64,000 nucleotides of DNA, from the NCBI GenBank assembly GCA_963773405.1, contig CAVZAQ010000011.1, positions 171,684-235,683 of the forward strand. Reading direction: 5' to 3'. How positions within the stretch are numbered: position 1 is the first letter of the stretch; each line of letters starts with the position of its first letter. Position numbers and translations under genes: made by a program. This DNA is from an uncultured Chloroflexia bacterium (GTDB taxonomy: Bacteria; Chloroflexota; Limnocylindria; QHBO01). The notes beneath the pieces were generated by a model, which saw only the letters and a program-made list of their open reading frames with translations, did no database searches and was not told the DNA's origin. This document shows, piece after piece, positions 62,112 through 64,000 of this stretch.

Positions 62112-63383
62112 GAGTGGCCGTGGTGGGGCTGGGTCACATTGGCCTGCCCCTTGCCGTCCAGTACGCGAGCCGCGGTCACCAGGTCATGGGTGCGGACCGG
62201 AATCCAGCCATCGTCGAGGCGATCAACGCCGGCCGCTCCCCGCACCTCGACGAGCAGGCGCTCATCGACCGCGTCCCCGGACTGGTTGCCTCGGGGAGCC
62301 TGCGCGCAACGACCGACAACGAGGCGGCGGTCCGTGGCGCCGAGGTCGTCGTGGTGATCGTACCGGTCGTGGTGGACCGCGAGCGGCAGATCGACTTCGG
62401 CCCCATCGATGCAGCCACGGCGGATATCGGCCGGGGCCTGCAGCCGGGCACGCTGGTCGTCTACGAGACGACGCTGCCGGTGGGCACGACCCGGGACCGG
62501 TTCGGCCCCGTGCTCGAGGCGGCCTCCGGCCTCTCCATGGACCGCGACTTCTTTGTCGCCTTCTCGCCGGAGCGCGTTCTGGTGGGCCGGGTCTTCCTCG
62601 ACCTGCGCCGCTATCCGAAGATCGTGGGAGGCACGAGCCCGGAGAGCACGGAGCGCGCCGTCGCGTTCTACGCCTCGGCGCTGGATCCCGGGACCGAGGT
62701 ACGAGCGGTCGCCAACGCGGAGACCGCGGAGATGACGAAGCTGGCGGAGACGACCTATCGCGACGTGAACATCGCCCTCGCGAACGAGTACGCACGCTAC
62801 GCGGCGCGGCGGGGGATCGACGTGCTGGAGGTGATCGGCGCCGCAAACAGCCAGCCGTACAGCCATATCCACCTGCCCGGAGTCGGTGTCGGTGGGCACT
62901 GCATCCCGGTCTACCCGCATTTCCTGTTCAACGGGGATCCGGACCTCCGCATCCCTCCGCTGGCCAGGGAGATCAACGAGGGGATGGGACGCTTCGCGGT
63001 GGAGACGATGGCGAGGCCGCATCGGCTCGCTGCGCGGCGCGCCGGTGCTGGTGCTGGGCATCGCGTACCGCGCGGACGTGCGGGAGGACGCCTTCAGCAG
63101 CGCGTTCCGGCTCCGCGACGAGCTGCTCGCGGCGGGCGCCGTGGTCTACGGCCACGACCCGTACTTCGACGCGGACCATCTTCGGGCCATGGGCTTCGAG
63201 CCGTTTGACCTGCAGGCCCCGGTACCGGTGCGCGCCGCCGTCCTGCAGGCGGGCCACGCGGTGTATGCCGAGCTCGATCCGGCCACGATCCCGGGTCTCG
63301 AGCTCCTCGTGGACGGCCGCAACGTGCTGGACCGCGACCGCTTCGCAGCAGCCGGGATCGAGTACGTGGGGATCGGCCGCTGA
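62108..63383 (+). pseudogene. UDP-sugar 6-dehydrogenase (WbpA/WecC family), one +1 frame break (~63010)
   Basis: 'MRVAVVGLGHIGLPLAVQYA', 'FSPERVLVG', 'AEMTKLAETTYRDVNIALANE' and 'GVGVGGHCIPVYP' lie in the first frame. The tail 'IGSLRGAPVLVLGIAYRADVREDAFSSA...VDGRNVL' is in ORF 62886..63383. Confidence 0.8.
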
Positions 63384-63427
63384 GCGAGCTGCCGCCGGCC
63401 ACCACAACCGCAGCGGGCGACGGCGAC

Positions 63428-64000
63428 GTGCCGCACGTCGGACTCGCGGCGGGCCGCGGCGTCTGGGTCGTGCTCCCCACCTACAACGAGATCGAGAACC
63501 TGGAGCGAGCGGCGGATGCCATCCTGGCCGCCGTGCCGCAGGCACGGGTGCTCGTCGTCGACGACGGGTCCCCGGACGGCACCGGGCGCCTGGCCGATAC
63601 GCTGGCGGCCTCCGACGAGCGGTTGCACGTGCTGCACAGGACCGCCAAGGAGGGGCTTGGCGCGGCGTACCGCGCCGCCTTTCGCTGGGTCCTGGCGCGT
63701 CCCGACGTGCACGCCGTGGTCCAGATGGATGCGGACCTGAGTCATGACCCTGCCGACCTGCCGCGGCTCCTCGCTCCGCTGATGAGCGGAGCGGACCTCG
63801 TCCTCGGCAGCCGGTACCTGCCCGGCGGTGGGACGGTGGGCTGGCCGTGGTATCGGCAGGTGGTCAGCCGGGGCGGGACCGCCTTCGCCCGGCTCGTGCT
63901 CCTCCTCCCGTACCGGGACCTGACCGGCGGATTCAAGGCATGGCGGAAGGAGCTCCTGGCATCGGTCCGGCTCCGCGAGGGCGGCCCAAACGGCTACGGG
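63428..64000 (+). CDS. GT2 polyprenol-phosphate mannosyltransferase-like (Ppm1/DPM1 type), 3' end outside window
   Basis: The frame is open to the window end: 'VWVVLPTYNEIENL', 'VVDDGSPDGT', 'GLGAAYRAAF', 'VQMDADLSHDP' and 'GSRYLPGG'. Start is tentatively GTG 63428. The ORF is not in the supplied track because it lacks a stop. Confidence 0.8.
   Translation, partial: MPHVGLAAGRGVWVVLPTYNEIENLERAADAILAAVPQARVLVVDDGSPDGTGRLADTLAASDERLHVLHRTAKEGLGAAYRAAFRWVLARPDVHAVVQMDADLSHDPADLPRLLAPLMSGADLVLGSRYLPGGGTVGWPWYRQVVSRGGTAFARLVLLLPYRDLTGGFKAWRKELLASVRLREGGPNGYG

Overview
This is a GC-rich bacterial chromosomal window (about 70% GC by eye, not computed). It is densely coded, and I found no rRNA, tRNA, CRISPR array, transposase or integrase.

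**Gene content, in order**
- guaA, a 4-TM protein and a UPF0182 membrane protein.
- A dispersed purine regulon: purD, purE, purB, purC-purS-purQ, purL, purF-purM-purN. Four membrane-protein genes sit inside the purB-to-purL run: an unknown polytopic protein, an MgtC/SapB-like protein and two tandem zinc-ribbon/4-TM paralogs.
- A GGDEF plus HD-GYP c-di-GMP protein, transcribed divergently from purF.
- A zinc-ribbon protein, a CPBP protease and RadC.
- A membrane-anchored Asp-box (BNR-like) repeat protein, convergent with a PQQ sugar-dehydrogenase lipoprotein.
- A 16-kb alpha-glucan/trehalose supercluster: glgE, treS, pep2, glgX, treY, treZ, malQ, with glgB opposite.
- A TetR plus MacB-like ABC exporter lying upstream of glgB on the same strand.
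- mreB-mreC, followed not by mreD/pbp2/rodA but by two large secreted cell-wall proteins. These two share a near-identical ~790-bp 3' module that encodes an uncharacterised triple repeat.
- A GT4 glycosyltransferase, rph and rdgB.
- A five-gene WbpA/B/E/D/I-type cassette (UDP-2,3-diacetamido-mannuronate pathway) plus a Ppm1-like GT2.

**Dominant anomaly**
Many conserved genes can only be read by hopping between frames. I located about 40 or more frame breaks by eye. Most are +1 shifts, consistent with single-base insertions. They are strongly clustered, for example rdgB, treZ-malQ and 50.6-56.7 kb, while neighbouring genes such as guaA, UPF0182, purB, purF, treS, glgX, glgB and rph are clean. 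This is either insertion-biased consensus error or real gene decay, and the sequence alone cannot decide.

**Most novel-looking candidates**
1. The pair of surface proteins with a gingipain/caspase-like His-Cys motif and a new ~75-aa repeat module.
2. The membrane and zinc-ribbon genes translationally coupled into the pur operon.
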